DNA from: an uncultured Clostridia bacterium
Lineage (GTDB): Bacteria > Bacillota > Clostridia > Oscillospirales > Ruminococcaceae
Assembly: GCA_947600065.1 (NCBI GenBank)
Contig: CANQFZ010000004.1
Coordinates: 9,351-73,350, forward strand
Direction: 5' to 3'
DNA: 64,000 bases
Within the stretch, counting starts at the first letter, position 1, and every line of letters begins with the position of its first letter. The notes beneath the pieces were generated by a model. That model saw only the letters and a list, made by a program, of their open reading frames with translations, was not told the origin of the DNA and made no database searches. This document shows positions 40,527 to 50,697 of this stretch, in pieces. Position numbers and translations under genes: made by a program.

Positions 40527-41357
40527 TTGGAAAACAGAGAACTTCTCAGTATGATGATCTGCGCGCTTTCTGACAGCGGCATTGAAAACGCGGGATTTGA
40601 AGCAAAACAGCTTTTAGAGCTTTGCGGCTTGTCGAGAATGAAAATAATCTCCGAGCCAAAAGGCATTGTTTCGAAGCAGACCGAAGCCGACGCAAAAAAA
40701 TATCTTGAAAGGCGGCTTTCGGGAGAACCGCTGCAGTATATCCTCGGAGAATGGGAGTTTTACGGTCTGCCCTTTAAGGTCGGAAAAGGCGTTCTTATTC
40801 CGCGCCAAGACACCGAAATTCTTGTGGACGTCGCAAAAGATTTCCTCGGAAATAATTTCGGAAACGCGAGCGTTCTCGATCTGTGCGCGGGGAGCGGCTG
40901 TATAGGCATAGCCCTAGCAAAAACCTGCGGAGCAAACGCCGTTCTTGTGGAAAAGTCCGAAGAAGCATTCGCTTATCTCACCGAGAATATAAAGCTCAAC
41001 AATGCCGAAAGCCTTTGCAGAGCGGTATTAGGGGACTGCTTCGATGAATACGGAGAATTTGACGCAATAGTTTCAAACCCGCCGTATCTTACAAAATCCG
41101 ACATGGAAAACCTCCGGCGCGAGGTGAGCTTTGAGCCCGAAATGGCGCTTTACGGAGGGGAAGACGGACTTTATTTCTACAGAAAACTGATCAAAGTTCA
41201 TACTGAAAATTTAAGGCAAGGCGGGTTGTTCGCCGTCGAAATAGGTATCGGCGAGGAAAAATCGGTTATGGAAATATTCCGTGAAAACGGTTTAGAGCCC
41301 TCGTGTGAAAAAGACACACAAGGGATATACAGAGTAGTGTATTCAATAAAAACATAA
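40527..41357 (+). CDS. prmC: Release factor glutamine methyltransferase
   Basis: GEPLQYILG, LIPRQDTE, DLCAGSGCI and SNPPY motifs. Confidence 0.95.
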   Translation: MENRELLSMMICALSDSGIENAGFEAKQLLELCGLSRMKIISEPKGIVSKQTEADAKKYLERRLSGEPLQYILGEWEFYGLPFKVGKGVLIPRQDTEILVDVAKDFLGNNFGNASVLDLCAGSGCIGIALAKTCGANAVLVEKSEEAFAYLTENIKLNNAESLCRAVLGDCFDEYGEFDAIVSNPPYLTKSDMENLRREVSFEPEMALYGGEDGLYFYRKLIKVHTENLRQGGLFAVEIGIGEEKSVMEIFRENGLEPSCEKDTQGIYRVVYSIKT

Positions 41358-41372
41358 ACGGAGGAAAAACTT

Positions 41373-42485
41373 ATGGCAATGGAAAAGAAAAAGGCATCGG
41401 CTCCCGTCGAGAAAACAGTAGCGCCCGATGAAAAGAAAAAAGCGCTCCAGACCGCTATAGCTCAGATCGAAAAACAGTTCGGCGACGGAACTATTATGTT
41501 TATGGGCGAAAACAAGCACATGGACGTAGAGCACCTTCCGACAGGCTCGCTTATGCTGGATTTGGCTCTCGGAATAGGCGGACTTCCAAAGGGAAGAATA
41601 ATCGAGATCTACGGCACCGAAAGCTCGGGCAAAACAACGCTTTGCCTTCATGCAGTGGCCGAGGCTCAGAAAGCGGGCGGAATGGCGGCATTTATAGACG
41701 TAGAACACGCGCTGGACCCCGTTTATGCAAAAGCGCTCGGCGTTGATATAGACAATCTTCTTGTATCACAGCCCGACACGGGAGAGCAGGCTCTGGAAAT
41801 AATCGAAACGCTCGTTCGTTCGGGAGCTATCGACATTGTTGTCCTCGACTCCGTTGCGGCAATGGCAACAAAGGCAGAAATAGACGGAGAAATGGGCGAC
41901 GCTCACGTCGGCGTTCAGGCAAGGCTTATGTCTCAGGCAATGAGAAAGCTCACCGCCGTTATAGGAAAGACAAACTGCGTGGCTATATTCATAAACCAGA
42001 TACGCGAAAAAATAGGCGTTATGTACGGAAACCCCGAAACAACTCCCGGCGGCAGAGCGCTTAAATTCTATGCTTCCGTAAGAATAGAAGTAAGAAAGGG
42101 CGAGCCTCTTAAAAACGGCGCCGAGGTTTACGGAAACCGCGTTAAATGCAAGGTCGTAAAGAACAAGGTCGCTCCACCCTTTAAGACCGCCGAGTTCGAT
42201 ATGATATTCGGACAGGGTATTTCGAGAATGGGCGAGGTAGTAGACTGCGCTGTTGAAATGGGAATAATCAAAAAGAGCGGCTCTTGGTTCAGCTATGACG
42301 ATATGAAGATAGGACAGGGCCGCGATAAGGTGTTTGATTTTCTGAAGGAAAATCCCACAATAAGCGCGGAGATAGAGCAAAAAGTTCGCGACGAGTTTTT
42401 GAAAAAGACCGAAGCCGAAGAACCCGCGCCGCAGGATAACACCGACAGCGACGATTTTTCGGAGTTCAAGGAAGATGACCTTTGA
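41373..42485 (+). CDS. recA: Recombinase A
   Basis: [21 protein letters not shown] and [12 protein letters not shown] motifs. Confidence 0.99.
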   Translation: MAMEKKKASAPVEKTVAPDEKKKALQTAIAQIEKQFGDGTIMFMGENKHMDVEHLPTGSLMLDLALGIGGLPKGRIIEIYGTESSGKTTLCLHAVAEAQKAGGMAAFIDVEHALDPVYAKALGVDIDNLLVSQPDTGEQALEIIETLVRSGAIDIVVLDSVAAMATKAEIDGEMGDAHVGVQARLMSQAMRKLTAVIGKTNCVAIFINQIREKIGVMYGNPETTPGGRALKFYASVRIEVRKGEPLKNGAEVYGNRVKCKVVKNKVAPPFKTAEFDMIFGQGISRMGEVVDCAVEMGIIKKSGSWFSYDDMKIGQGRDKVFDFLKENPTISAEIEQKVRDEFLKKTEAEEPAPQDNTDSDDFSEFKEDDL

Positions 42486-43120
42486 TGAAAATAACCTCGC
42501 TGTCCGTCTATAAAGACGACACATGGGAAATGGAGCTTGACGGAAACAGAAAGTATTACGTAAATTTTTTCACAATTGAAAATCTCCAAATCGAAAAGGG
42601 AATGGAGCTTTCGGAAGAACAGCTTTGCGGAATACTCGACGCCGATACGCTCCGAAAGGCGAAAAAACGCGCGCTGTATCTTTTGGGCGAAAGGGCGTAT
42701 TGCTCGGGAGAGCTTTTAAAGAAGCTGGAAAAAACATATGGAGCAGAAATTGCCGAAAGCGCGTTAAATTATGTGTCGGGGCTGGGATATATAAACGACG
42801 AGGAATATGCAAGGAAATACGCCGAATATCTCATAAAGTCAAAGCGCCGCGGCATTTCAAGAGCGCGCCGCGAGATGCTCTTAAAAGGGCTTTCGCGGGA
42901 AACGGTCGAAAATGCGTTATTAGAGTTTTCCGAAGAAGAACTTGACGAAGAACTGCTTTTTCTTATAAGGCACAAATACTCCGAAAAGATAGGCGACCCC
43001 GACAGCCGCCGCAGAACAATCGCCGCCCTCGCAAGGAGAGGCTATGATTTCGGTTCAATTAAACGCTGTATCGAAACGGTAATAAACGAAGATCTTGAAG
43101 AAGAATTAGGGGAAGAATAA
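42485..43120 (+). CDS. recX: Regulatory protein RecX
   Basis: Coupled to recA; KAKKRALYLLG, GYINDEEYA and LARRGYD motifs. Confidence 0.9.
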   Translation: MKITSLSVYKDDTWEMELDGNRKYYVNFFTIENLQIEKGMELSEEQLCGILDADTLRKAKKRALYLLGERAYCSGELLKKLEKTYGAEIAESALNYVSGLGYINDEEYARKYAEYLIKSKRRGISRARREMLLKGLSRETVENALLEFSEEELDEELLFLIRHKYSEKIGDPDSRRRTIAALARRGYDFGSIKRCIETVINEDLEEELGEE

Positions 43121-44452
43121 ATGAGCGAAAAAACAAAAGTTGCTTTGGTGTCGCTTGGCTGTGCAAAAAACCAGGTAGACGCGGAGCTTATGCTCAATAA
43201 GCTGAACAAAGCGGGATATAAATTTGTAGAAGAGCCGGGCTTGTCCGACATAACCATTCTCCATACTTGCGGATTTATAACCGCCGCAAAGGAAGAAGCC
43301 ATAGAATGGTTAAATGAGCTTATAACATTAAAGAACGAGGGAACGATAAAAAAGATATGCGTAACGGGCTGTCTGTCCGAGCGCTATCGTGATGAGTTCG
43401 CAAAGGAATACCCCGAAGTTGACGGCATAATCGGTATCGCCGAATATGAAAACATTGCCGAGCATATCGCAAAAATTGAAAAAGGCGAAAGGGTCGTTGT
43501 GTTCGGAGATAAAGAAAAACACACGATGGAAGGCGAGAGGATATTGTCCACCGCGCCTTATTACGCATACCTTCGCGTTGCGGACGGGTGCGACAACTGC
43601 TGTACATACTGCGCTATCCCGCAGATTCGCGGACATTTCCGTTCGAGGACAATGGAAAACGTACTTCGCGACGCAAAGGAGCTTTGCGAAAGCGGCGTAA
43701 AAGAAGTTATACTTATCGCTCAGGACACGACGCGCTACGGGCTTGACCTATACGGAAAACTTATGCTCCCCGAGCTTCTCAACAAGCTCTGCGAGCTTGA
43801 TTTCAAGTGGATAAGGCTTTTATATTGCTATCCCGAAAGGATAACCGACGAGCTTATAAATGTTATTAAAACACAGCCGAAAATAGTAAAATATATCGAC
43901 ATTCCCATTCAGCATTGCGACGGGGAAATACTCAGAAGAATGAACCGAAAGGGCGATGAAAATTCGCTCCGCGAGCTTATAGCAAAACTTCGCCGTGAGA
44001 TTCCCGAAATAACCCTGCGCACAACGTTTATAACGGGCTTCCCGGGAGAGACCGAGGAGCAGTTCAACCGCCTCGGCGAGTTTGCCGAAGAAATGAAGTT
44101 TGACAGAATGGGCTGTTTCGCTTATTCGGAAGAAGAGAACACGCCCGCCGCAGGCTTTCCCGATCAGGTCGATGAAGAAGTCAGAGAACACCGAAAGGAA
44201 ATTCTCGAAGAACAGCAGGACACCCGCGTAGAAGCCGCGTTTAACGCAATGATAGGCGAAACGGCTGAGGTCGTTGTCGAGGGTTATGACAGGTTTATCG
44301 GGTATTATTTCGGGCGAAGCGCGGCGTTCGCTCCCGAAATAGACGGAATGGTCTATTTTAAAGCGGATAAAAAGCCGGCTGTCGGGGATTTTATAAATAT
44401 AAAGTTTAAAAGAGTTGTAAACAATAATCTTGTAGGGGAAGCGGTCGAATGA
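43121..44452 (+). CDS. rimO: Ribosomal protein S12 methylthiotransferase
   Basis: SLGCAKNQVDAE, GCDNCCTYC radical SAM motif, TRAM-domain APEIDG. Confidence 0.95.
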   Translation: MSEKTKVALVSLGCAKNQVDAELMLNKLNKAGYKFVEEPGLSDITILHTCGFITAAKEEAIEWLNELITLKNEGTIKKICVTGCLSERYRDEFAKEYPEVDGIIGIAEYENIAEHIAKIEKGERVVVFGDKEKHTMEGERILSTAPYYAYLRVADGCDNCCTYCAIPQIRGHFRSRTMENVLRDAKELCESGVKEVILIAQDTTRYGLDLYGKLMLPELLNKLCELDFKWIRLLYCYPERITDELINVIKTQPKIVKYIDIPIQHCDGEILRRMNRKGDENSLRELIAKLRREIPEITLRTTFITGFPGETEEQFNRLGEFAEEMKFDRMGCFAYSEEENTPAAGFPDQVDEEVREHRKEILEEQQDTRVEAAFNAMIGETAEVVVEGYDRFIGYYFGRSAAFAPEIDGMVYFKADKKPAVGDFINIKFKRVVNNNLVGEAVE

Positions 44453-45042
44453 ATTTAGCAAACAAGCTCACAATGTTCCGCGTTGTCCTTGTGCCTTTTT
44501 TCCTCGCAGCAATGAGCGCAGATGTGATACCGATGAGGTTTTTGTGGGCGCTCGTTATCTTCATTCTTGCGAGCATAACGGATATGCTCGACGGAAAGAT
44601 AGCGCGCAAATACAATATGGTCACAAATTTCGGAAAGTTTTTAGATCCTCTTGCCGATAAAATTCTTGTCGCGGGCGCGCTTATCTGTTTTGTGGAGCTT
44701 GGCTGGACAAGGGCATGGATAGTGGCTGTAATAATGATGCGTGAGTTTGCGGTTTCGGGCGTAAGGCTCGCGGCTTCTACGGGCGAGAAGAAAACGGTAA
44801 TTGCCGCGAATATCTGGGGCAAGCTGAAAACCGCCTTTACCATGATAGCAATTATAGCCGTGCTGCTTATGTATATCCTCGCGGACTTCGGAATTATCTG
44901 CGAACTTGGCGGACAAAAGGGCTTTGAGTTCCCGATTAGGATAATAACAGATGTGCTTATGTATATAACTCTTGCGCTCACCGTTATTTCGGGAGTAAAG
45001 TATATTTACGATTATAGAGAAAGTATAGATCCGCACTGTTAG
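44449..45042 (+). CDS. pgsA: CDP-diacylglycerol--glycerol-3-phosphate phosphatidyltransferase
   Basis: NLANKLT, DMLDGKIAR...FGKFLDPLADK. Confidence 0.95.
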   Translation: MNLANKLTMFRVVLVPFFLAAMSADVIPMRFLWALVIFILASITDMLDGKIARKYNMVTNFGKFLDPLADKILVAGALICFVELGWTRAWIVAVIMMREFAVSGVRLAASTGEKKTVIAANIWGKLKTAFTMIAIIAVLLMYILADFGIICELGGQKGFEFPIRIITDVLMYITLALTVISGVKYIYDYRESIDPHC

Positions 45043-45120
45043 ATAGAGGTAAGAAATAAGAGGAAAACAACATTTCCTCTAAAACTCTTACCCCTTACAT
45101 CTAACCTCTTACATCTAAAA
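45038..45120. repeat. Inverted pair of family A heptamer arrays
   Basis: Purine half tgttaga..ggtaaga aataaga ggaaa; pyrimidine half tttcctct aaaa ctcttac cccttac atctaac ctcttac atctaaa. Confidence 0.8.
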
Positions 45121-45130
45121 GGGTGAAATA

Positions 45131-46537
45131 ATGGAAAACCATGGCGAAATAAAAACAAACGAACGGCATATGCTCCCCGTGATACTTGCGCTGTCGCTTC
45201 CGACAATGCTCGAACAACTCTTGCAGACAGCCGTTCAGTACATAGACACCGCCATGGTCGGTTCTCTCGGAACAAGCGCTACGGCTGCGGTCGGCGCGAC
45301 AAGCACAGTCAGCTGGCTTGTCGGAAGCACTGTTTCGGCTATAGGAGTAGGCTTTCTTGCGTTCATTTCACAGCATATCGGCGCGGGCGAGGAAGAAAAG
45401 GCTCGCAAAGCTTCGGGTCAGGCAGTCCTCGCGGTAATTGTCGCGGGAGTATTTTTTACGCTGGTTACAACGCTTCTCAGCGGGCAGATACCCGTGTGGA
45501 TGAGCGTGGACGAGCCGATAAGGGATATGGCTTCGGAATATTTTCTGATATTGTATTCACCCATGCTGTTCAGAACTGCGAGCATAATTTTCGGAACGGT
45601 ACTTCGCTCCGCGGGCGATACCAAAACGCCAATGCTTGTAGGAATAGGCGTTAATGTCATAAACATCGTTTTAAATTTCTTTCTTATTTATCCTACTCGG
45701 GAGCTTGAAATATTTGGGAATATTTTTACAATATACGGCGCTGACCTCGGAGTAAACGGCGCGGCTCTGGCAAGCGCGTTTTCGTATATATTCGGCGGAA
45801 TAGCAATAACCATAGCCCTTTGGAAACACAAGACCATTTCGCCGAAGGGTCAGAGCTTAAAGCCCGATATCGGCATTTTAAAGTCATGTTTTAAGGTAGC
45901 CGTGCCGAATATGTTCCAGAGGTTTGCAACGTCGCTCGGATATGTGGTTTTTGCGTCAATGATAAACTCCCTCGGAGAAACGTCCGCCGCAGCGCATACT
46001 ATAGCGAATACGGTCGAGAGCTTGTTTTACATACCGGGCTACGGCATGCAGACGGCGTCCGCCGCGCTTGCAGGAAACGCATGGGGCGCGCGCGACAAAG
46101 ACAGGCTAAAGCGGCTTACAAAAACGATAATTCCGCTTGAAGTAATCCTTATGGTGGTTTCGGGAGGGCTTTTGTTTATATTTGCTCCGCAGCTTATGAG
46201 CCTGTTTTCAAAAGACAAAGATGTAATAGAGCTTGGCGGAACGGTTTTAAGAATGGTCGCAATATCCGAGCCGTTTTACGGCGTGCCTATCGTGATAGAG
46301 GGAATAATGCAGGGGCTCGGAAAAACGGTCGTACCGTTTATATTCAGCGTACTCGGAATGTGGTGCGTAAGAATAGCGGGAACATTTGTCTTTACGCAAA
46401 TTATGAGCGGAGGACTTATCGAAGCATGGGGCTGTATGATAGGTCACAATCTTGTGCTTTTCATAATGTTTGTCGTATATTTCATAAGCGGAAAATGGAA
46501 CCCTTTCCGAACAGAAAAAAACTATAAAAAAATTTGA
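45131..46537 (+). CDS. MATE-family efflux transporter
   Basis: About 12 TM; LSLPTMLEQLLQ...DTAMVG; LRSAGDTKTPM. Confidence 0.93.
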   Translation: MENHGEIKTNERHMLPVILALSLPTMLEQLLQTAVQYIDTAMVGSLGTSATAAVGATSTVSWLVGSTVSAIGVGFLAFISQHIGAGEEEKARKASGQAVLAVIVAGVFFTLVTTLLSGQIPVWMSVDEPIRDMASEYFLILYSPMLFRTASIIFGTVLRSAGDTKTPMLVGIGVNVINIVLNFFLIYPTRELEIFGNIFTIYGADLGVNGAALASAFSYIFGGIAITIALWKHKTISPKGQSLKPDIGILKSCFKVAVPNMFQRFATSLGYVVFASMINSLGETSAAAHTIANTVESLFYIPGYGMQTASAALAGNAWGARDKDRLKRLTKTIIPLEVILMVVSGGLLFIFAPQLMSLFSKDKDVIELGGTVLRMVAISEPFYGVPIVIEGIMQGLGKTVVPFIFSVLGMWCVRIAGTFVFTQIMSGGLIEAWGCMIGHNLVLFIMFVVYFISGKWNPFRTEKNYKKI

Positions 46538-46545
46538 AAAAACTC

Positions 46546-46574
46546 TTGACATTTTTTTAAGTATGTGATATAAT
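46546..46574 (+). promoter_or_regulatory. Consensus SigA promoter of the tRNA
   Basis: TTGACA-17 nt-TATAAT. Confidence 0.85.
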
Positions 46575-46593
46575 TAAATAGTCGTCAGGAAAT

Positions 46594-46678
46594 GCGAGTG
46601 TGCTGGAATAGGCAGACAGGCTAGCTTGAGGTGCTAGTGTTTCACGACGTGTGGGTTCAAGTCCCGTCACTCGCACCA
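46594..46678 (+). tRNA. tRNA-Leu(GAG)
   Basis: Acceptor GCGAGTG/CACTCGC, anticodon arm CTAGC-TTGAGGT-GCTAG, long variable arm, GGTTCAAGTCC, encoded CCA. Confidence 0.97.
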
Positions 46679-46721
46679 CTGCAAAACCCTTGCTATGCAA
46701 AGCATAGCAAGGGTTTTGCAG
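46679..46721 (+). terminator. 20-bp perfect hairpin after the tRNA
   Basis: CTGCAAAACCCTTGCTATGC-AAA-GCATAGCAAGGGTTTTGCAG. Confidence 0.7.
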
Positions 46722-46928
46722 TATACAGGGTACAGTGTACAGTACACAGTAAAATGTATCCGCCTTGCGGCGGATATTTTTTAGATTGTTGTCGGACTGA
46801 AACGTTATGAAAAGCAACCGTAAAAGTTTTGCTCGTGTGCCTGTAGACTAAAAACAATTTAAATCTCACCCGCCGTAAGGCGGGTTCCTTTGTTGTATAC
46901 TGTACACTGTCTACTGTCAACTGCCTAC
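46720..46928. repeat. Symmetric element: inverted heptamer arrays (family B) enclosing an inverted REP-like hairpin doublet
   Basis: agtatac agggtac agtgtac agtacac ... ATCCGCCTTGCGGCGGAT ... ACCCGCCGTAAGGCGGGT ... tgtatac tgtacac tgtctac tgtcaac tgcctac. Confidence 0.75.
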
Positions 46929-47115
46929 AGGGCGAGTGTGCGTAATTGAGAGAAAAAACGTTTTAGAGTTAAGAGGCTATAGTGGAGCAGTAAGCGGTAA
47001 GCAAACAACCTTTCCTTGTAAATTTCTGACCTCTTTTCCATTCGTCAATTTTCACAAAAAATATGACGAATTATTTTTTTCGGCATAAATATTTTGCGGC
47101 TTTTGATTTGCCTAC

Positions 47116-47144
47116 TTGATTTTTAATACAAGATATGGTATAAT
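47116..47144 (+). promoter_or_regulatory. SigA promoter of prmA
   Basis: TTGATT-17 nt-TATAAT with TG extension. Confidence 0.65.
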
Positions 47145-47176
47145 TACAATGTATTTTTATGGTGTGAGGAATACTT

Positions 47177-48148
47177 ATGGACAATTTCATTCAGATAGAT
47201 ATCTACACATCGAGCGCGGCGCTCGACGGTATCACCGCAAGACTTTCCGACCTAGGCATAGACGGCTTTGCCGTTAGGGACAGCGCGGATTTTAAGGACT
47301 TTCTGGCTGATAAAAACGCAAACTGGGATTATGTTGACGACAGCCTTATGGGTCTTGAAAATGCCGAGCCGTGCATAACTGTCTATGTTCACGACAACGC
47401 CCAGGGCAGAGAACAGTTCACTGCCATAAAGCTCATGGTCGAAGAGCTTAAATCGGAAAACTCCGACGGCTTTTACGGAAACGTGCGTATTGAATTTGCA
47501 AATGTAAAAGAAGAAGACTGGGCGAACAACTGGAAGAAATACTATAAGCCCTTTCGCGTCGGAAAAACGCTTGTCGTAAAGCCCTCGTGGGAAGATCATG
47601 CGGCAAACGACGGCGACAGGATACTCGAAATAGACCCCGCGTCCACTTTCGGTACGGGACAGCACCACACCACCAAAATGGTAATGGAAGTGCTCGAGGA
47701 CGTTATAAAAGGCGGGGAAAGGGTTTTAGACCTCGGCTGCGGGAGCGGGATACTTTCTATTGCGGCGCTGCTTTTCGGAGCAAAAGAGGTTTGTATGTGC
47801 GACATTTTCGAAAACGCCGTAAAGACCGCCTCGGAGAATATTGAGAAAAATCATTTCGACAAATCGCGCTATAAAGCCTTTTGCGGGAATATAATCGAAA
47901 ACGAGGAGCTTCGCGGGGAAATAGGCGGCGGATACAACGTTGTCTGCGCGAATATTGTGGCGGACGTTATCATAGGAATGAGCGGGCTTTTCGGAGAATT
48001 TATGAAAGACGACGCGCGGCTCATTGTTTCGGGGATAATTGACGAGAGATATGACGAAGTTGAAAATGCGCTTTGTGAAAACGGCTTTGAGGTCGTTGAA
48101 AAAAAGAATGAGGACGGCTGGAATTGCGCTGAACTTAAAATGAGATAA
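47177..48148 (+). CDS. prmA: Ribosomal protein L11 methyltransferase
   Basis: EEDWANNWKKYY, IDPASTFGTGQH, LDLGCGSGIL and ANIVADVII motifs. Confidence 0.95.
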   Translation: MDNFIQIDIYTSSAALDGITARLSDLGIDGFAVRDSADFKDFLADKNANWDYVDDSLMGLENAEPCITVYVHDNAQGREQFTAIKLMVEELKSENSDGFYGNVRIEFANVKEEDWANNWKKYYKPFRVGKTLVVKPSWEDHAANDGDRILEIDPASTFGTGQHHTTKMVMEVLEDVIKGGERVLDLGCGSGILSIAALLFGAKEVCMCDIFENAVKTASENIEKNHFDKSRYKAFCGNIIENEELRGEIGGGYNVVCANIVADVIIGMSGLFGEFMKDDARLIVSGIIDERYDEVENALCENGFEVVEKKNEDGWNCAELKMR

Positions 48149-48179
48149 AAGCATATACTGCCTTTAAGGAGGCGGTATT

Positions 48180-48458
48180 ATGGAATTTCTGGGAGCGTTT
48201 GCGGTCATATTTCTGCTCATTTTTGCTGCGGCAATGCTGGCGTATCTTTTGTGGAATGCGCTTAAAAGCGGCTGTATTGAAACGTTCGACATTTATGTAA
48301 AGCTCGATGAAAATATCGAAGGCTTTATAATTCATGCGCGCCGCGACGCTTATATAGGAGAGATAAAGATAATTGCCGACAAGGGCAGTGAAAGTGAAAT
48401 TAAATTAGCAGAACAGCTATCCGAGAAGTATGACAATGTAAAGGTAGTCGGAAAATAA
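48180..48458 (+). CDS. Small hypothetical protein with an N-terminal TM helix
   Basis: 92 aa, RBS AAGGAGG. Confidence 0.7.
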   Translation: MEFLGAFAVIFLLIFAAAMLAYLLWNALKSGCIETFDIYVKLDENIEGFIIHARRDAYIGEIKIIADKGSESEIKLAEQLSEKYDNVKVVGK

Positions 48459-48477
48459 AACGGTGAAGAACGGATAA

Positions 48478-50697
48478 ATGGATACGATAAAGAATTTGAT
48501 ATGCGTTACGGGAAATGTAGAGGACGTTGTTTTCTATAACGGAGAAAACGGCTATATCGTTCTGAATGTAGATACGGGCAGTGAGCTTTTAGAAGCATTT
48601 GGGATAATGGGCGACGTCCGCGAGGGCGAACAGCTCACCATGTACGGCGAATATGTCACAAGCCCCAAATACGGCAGGCAGTTCAGTGTTGATATTTTTG
48701 AGCGGCATATGCCGACAGACCTCAAAATGATGAAAAAATATCTTTCGTCGGGCATTTTAGCGGGAGTAGGCAATGTTCTGGCTCGGAAGATAGTAGACGC
48801 ATTCGGCGAAAGAACGGCGGATATCCTCGAAAACGACCCTATATCGCTTTCCGCGCTGAAGGGAGTTACCCCCGAAAAAGCACTGCTTATCGGAAAAGAA
48901 TATCAGAACATTTCGGGGATAAGAAAGGCTCTTACATACTTTTCAAAATATTCCGTGCCGTATGTTTATATTTCTGCGGCATGGAAAAAATACGGAAGCG
49001 ACCTTATACGCGCCGTAGAGGGAAACCCATATTTGCTGTGCGGGTGGGGAATAGAGCTTCCGTTTGAGGACGCGGACAGGATAGCCGAAGATCTTAAATT
49101 CCCGAAAGACAGCGAGGAGCGCGTTTCCGCGGCTATACTTCACGAGCTTAAAAAAGCAGTAAACGACGGACACACCTGTCTAAAAGAAACGTTTATAAAA
49201 ACTTCTGTAACAACATGGCTTATGACAGACGAACATCTGTTTTCCTCGGCGATAGAATATCTTCTTTCAAACGAAGAGATCGTTGTATATGAAAATAGCG
49301 GCGACAGGTATATCTATCTTTCGGAATATTTCAGAGCGGAGAGCTTTATTTCTCAAAAGCTTTGCGAGATGATAAAGCGCTCGAAAAATGAAAACACGGA
49401 TTATTCCGAGGAGATAAGCGGCGTAGAATGGGAAAACGATATAGAATACGACGAGGTACAAAAAGCCGCGATAAACGGCTGTATGAACTCGCATATTTTT
49501 ATCATAACGGGCGGCCCCGGAACGGGAAAGACAACGACGCTGAATGCCGTTATTGAGCTGTGTAAAAAACGTAATCTTAAAATAAAGCTTGCCGCTCCGA
49601 CGGGCAGAGCCGCAAAGAGGATAGCAGAGCTTACAAATGCCCCTGCACAGACGATACACAGGCTTTTAGAAGCCGACCTTTCGACAGGCGAAAGCGTTTT
49701 CAGAAGAAACGAGGACAACCCTGTTTCCTGCGATGTGCTGATAATAGACGAAATGTCTATGGTAGACGAACTTTTGTTCGCTTCGCTGTTGAGGGCATTA
49801 AAAAGCTCTACGAGGCTCATTCTTGTCGGCGACAGCGACCAGCTCCCTTCCGTCAGTGCGGGGAATGTCCTGCGCGATATGGTGGGGTGTGGGAAAGTGC
49901 CGAAAGCCGAGCTTACAAAGATATTCAGACAGTCGGCGGAGAGCCTTATAGTGACAAACGCCCATGCGATAATAAAAGGCGAGATGCCCGAGCTCAACGA
50001 GCGGAAAAAGGATTTCTTCTTTATGCCCTCGGAGAATGAAGAAAACACAACGAGCCTCGTAAACGCGCTTTGCTCTCAAAGACTTCCTAAAAGCTACGGC
50101 TACGACCCGATAGCGGATATACAGGTCTTGTGCCTTTCGAGAATGGGTACGGTCGGCACAATGCGGCTTAATGTTGTGCTTCAGAACGCATTAAATCCCC
50201 CTTCTTCGGAAAAGCGCGAGATAAAGTATATGAAAACGCTTTTCCGCGAGGGCGACAAGATAATGCAGAACAAAAACGATTATGAAGTAGAGTGGCGGCG
50301 GGGAAATGAAAAATCGCGCGGCGTTTATAACGGCGATATCGGCACGATAATAGAAGCCGACAGAACGAATATGCGCCTTCTTATCGACTTTGACGGCAGG
50401 CGGGCTGTATATGACGGTGACATGCTTAAAAACATAGAACACGCTTTTGCCATGACCGTACATAAAAGCCAAGGAAGCGAGTATCCCGCGGTCGTTATCC
50501 CTCTGCCGAACAGAATGGAAAAGCTTTCGTACAGGAACATTCTTTATACCGCCGTTACGCGCGCAAGGTCTACGCTTATCCTTATAGGCACGGAAAATAA
50601 AATAAGCCGTATGCTCAAAAACGACCGTCGCGATGAAAGGACATCTTGTCTTAAACAGATGATAGAGGAAAATTTTGGACAGACTGAAGCTGTATAA
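48478..50697 (+). CDS. recD2: RecD2-like ATP-dependent helicase
   Basis: TGGPGTGKTT, APTGRAAKR, DEMSMVD, AMTVHKSQGSE and YTAVTRA motifs with N-terminal extension. Confidence 0.93.
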   Translation: MDTIKNLICVTGNVEDVVFYNGENGYIVLNVDTGSELLEAFGIMGDVREGEQLTMYGEYVTSPKYGRQFSVDIFERHMPTDLKMMKKYLSSGILAGVGNVLARKIVDAFGERTADILENDPISLSALKGVTPEKALLIGKEYQNISGIRKALTYFSKYSVPYVYISAAWKKYGSDLIRAVEGNPYLLCGWGIELPFEDADRIAEDLKFPKDSEERVSAAILHELKKAVNDGHTCLKETFIKTSVTTWLMTDEHLFSSAIEYLLSNEEIVVYENSGDRYIYLSEYFRAESFISQKLCEMIKRSKNENTDYSEEISGVEWENDIEYDEVQKAAINGCMNSHIFIITGGPGTGKTTTLNAVIELCKKRNLKIKLAAPTGRAAKRIAELTNAPAQTIHRLLEADLSTGESVFRRNEDNPVSCDVLIIDEMSMVDELLFASLLRALKSSTRLILVGDSDQLPSVSAGNVLRDMVGCGKVPKAELTKIFRQSAESLIVTNAHAIIKGEMPELNERKKDFFFMPSENEENTTSLVNALCSQRLPKSYGYDPIADIQVLCLSRMGTVGTMRLNVVLQNALNPPSSEKREIKYMKTLFREGDKIMQNKNDYEVEWRRGNEKSRGVYNGDIGTIIEADRTNMRLLIDFDGRRAVYDGDMLKNIEHAFAMTVHKSQGSEYPAVVIPLPNRMEKLSYRNILYTAVTRARSTLILIGTENKISRMLKNDRRDERTSCLKQMIEENFGQTEAV

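Noticed and set aside
46594-47170. Prophage or genomic island integrated at tRNA-Leu
   Set aside because: No integrase and no duplicated tRNA 3' end; core genes resume 500 bp downstream
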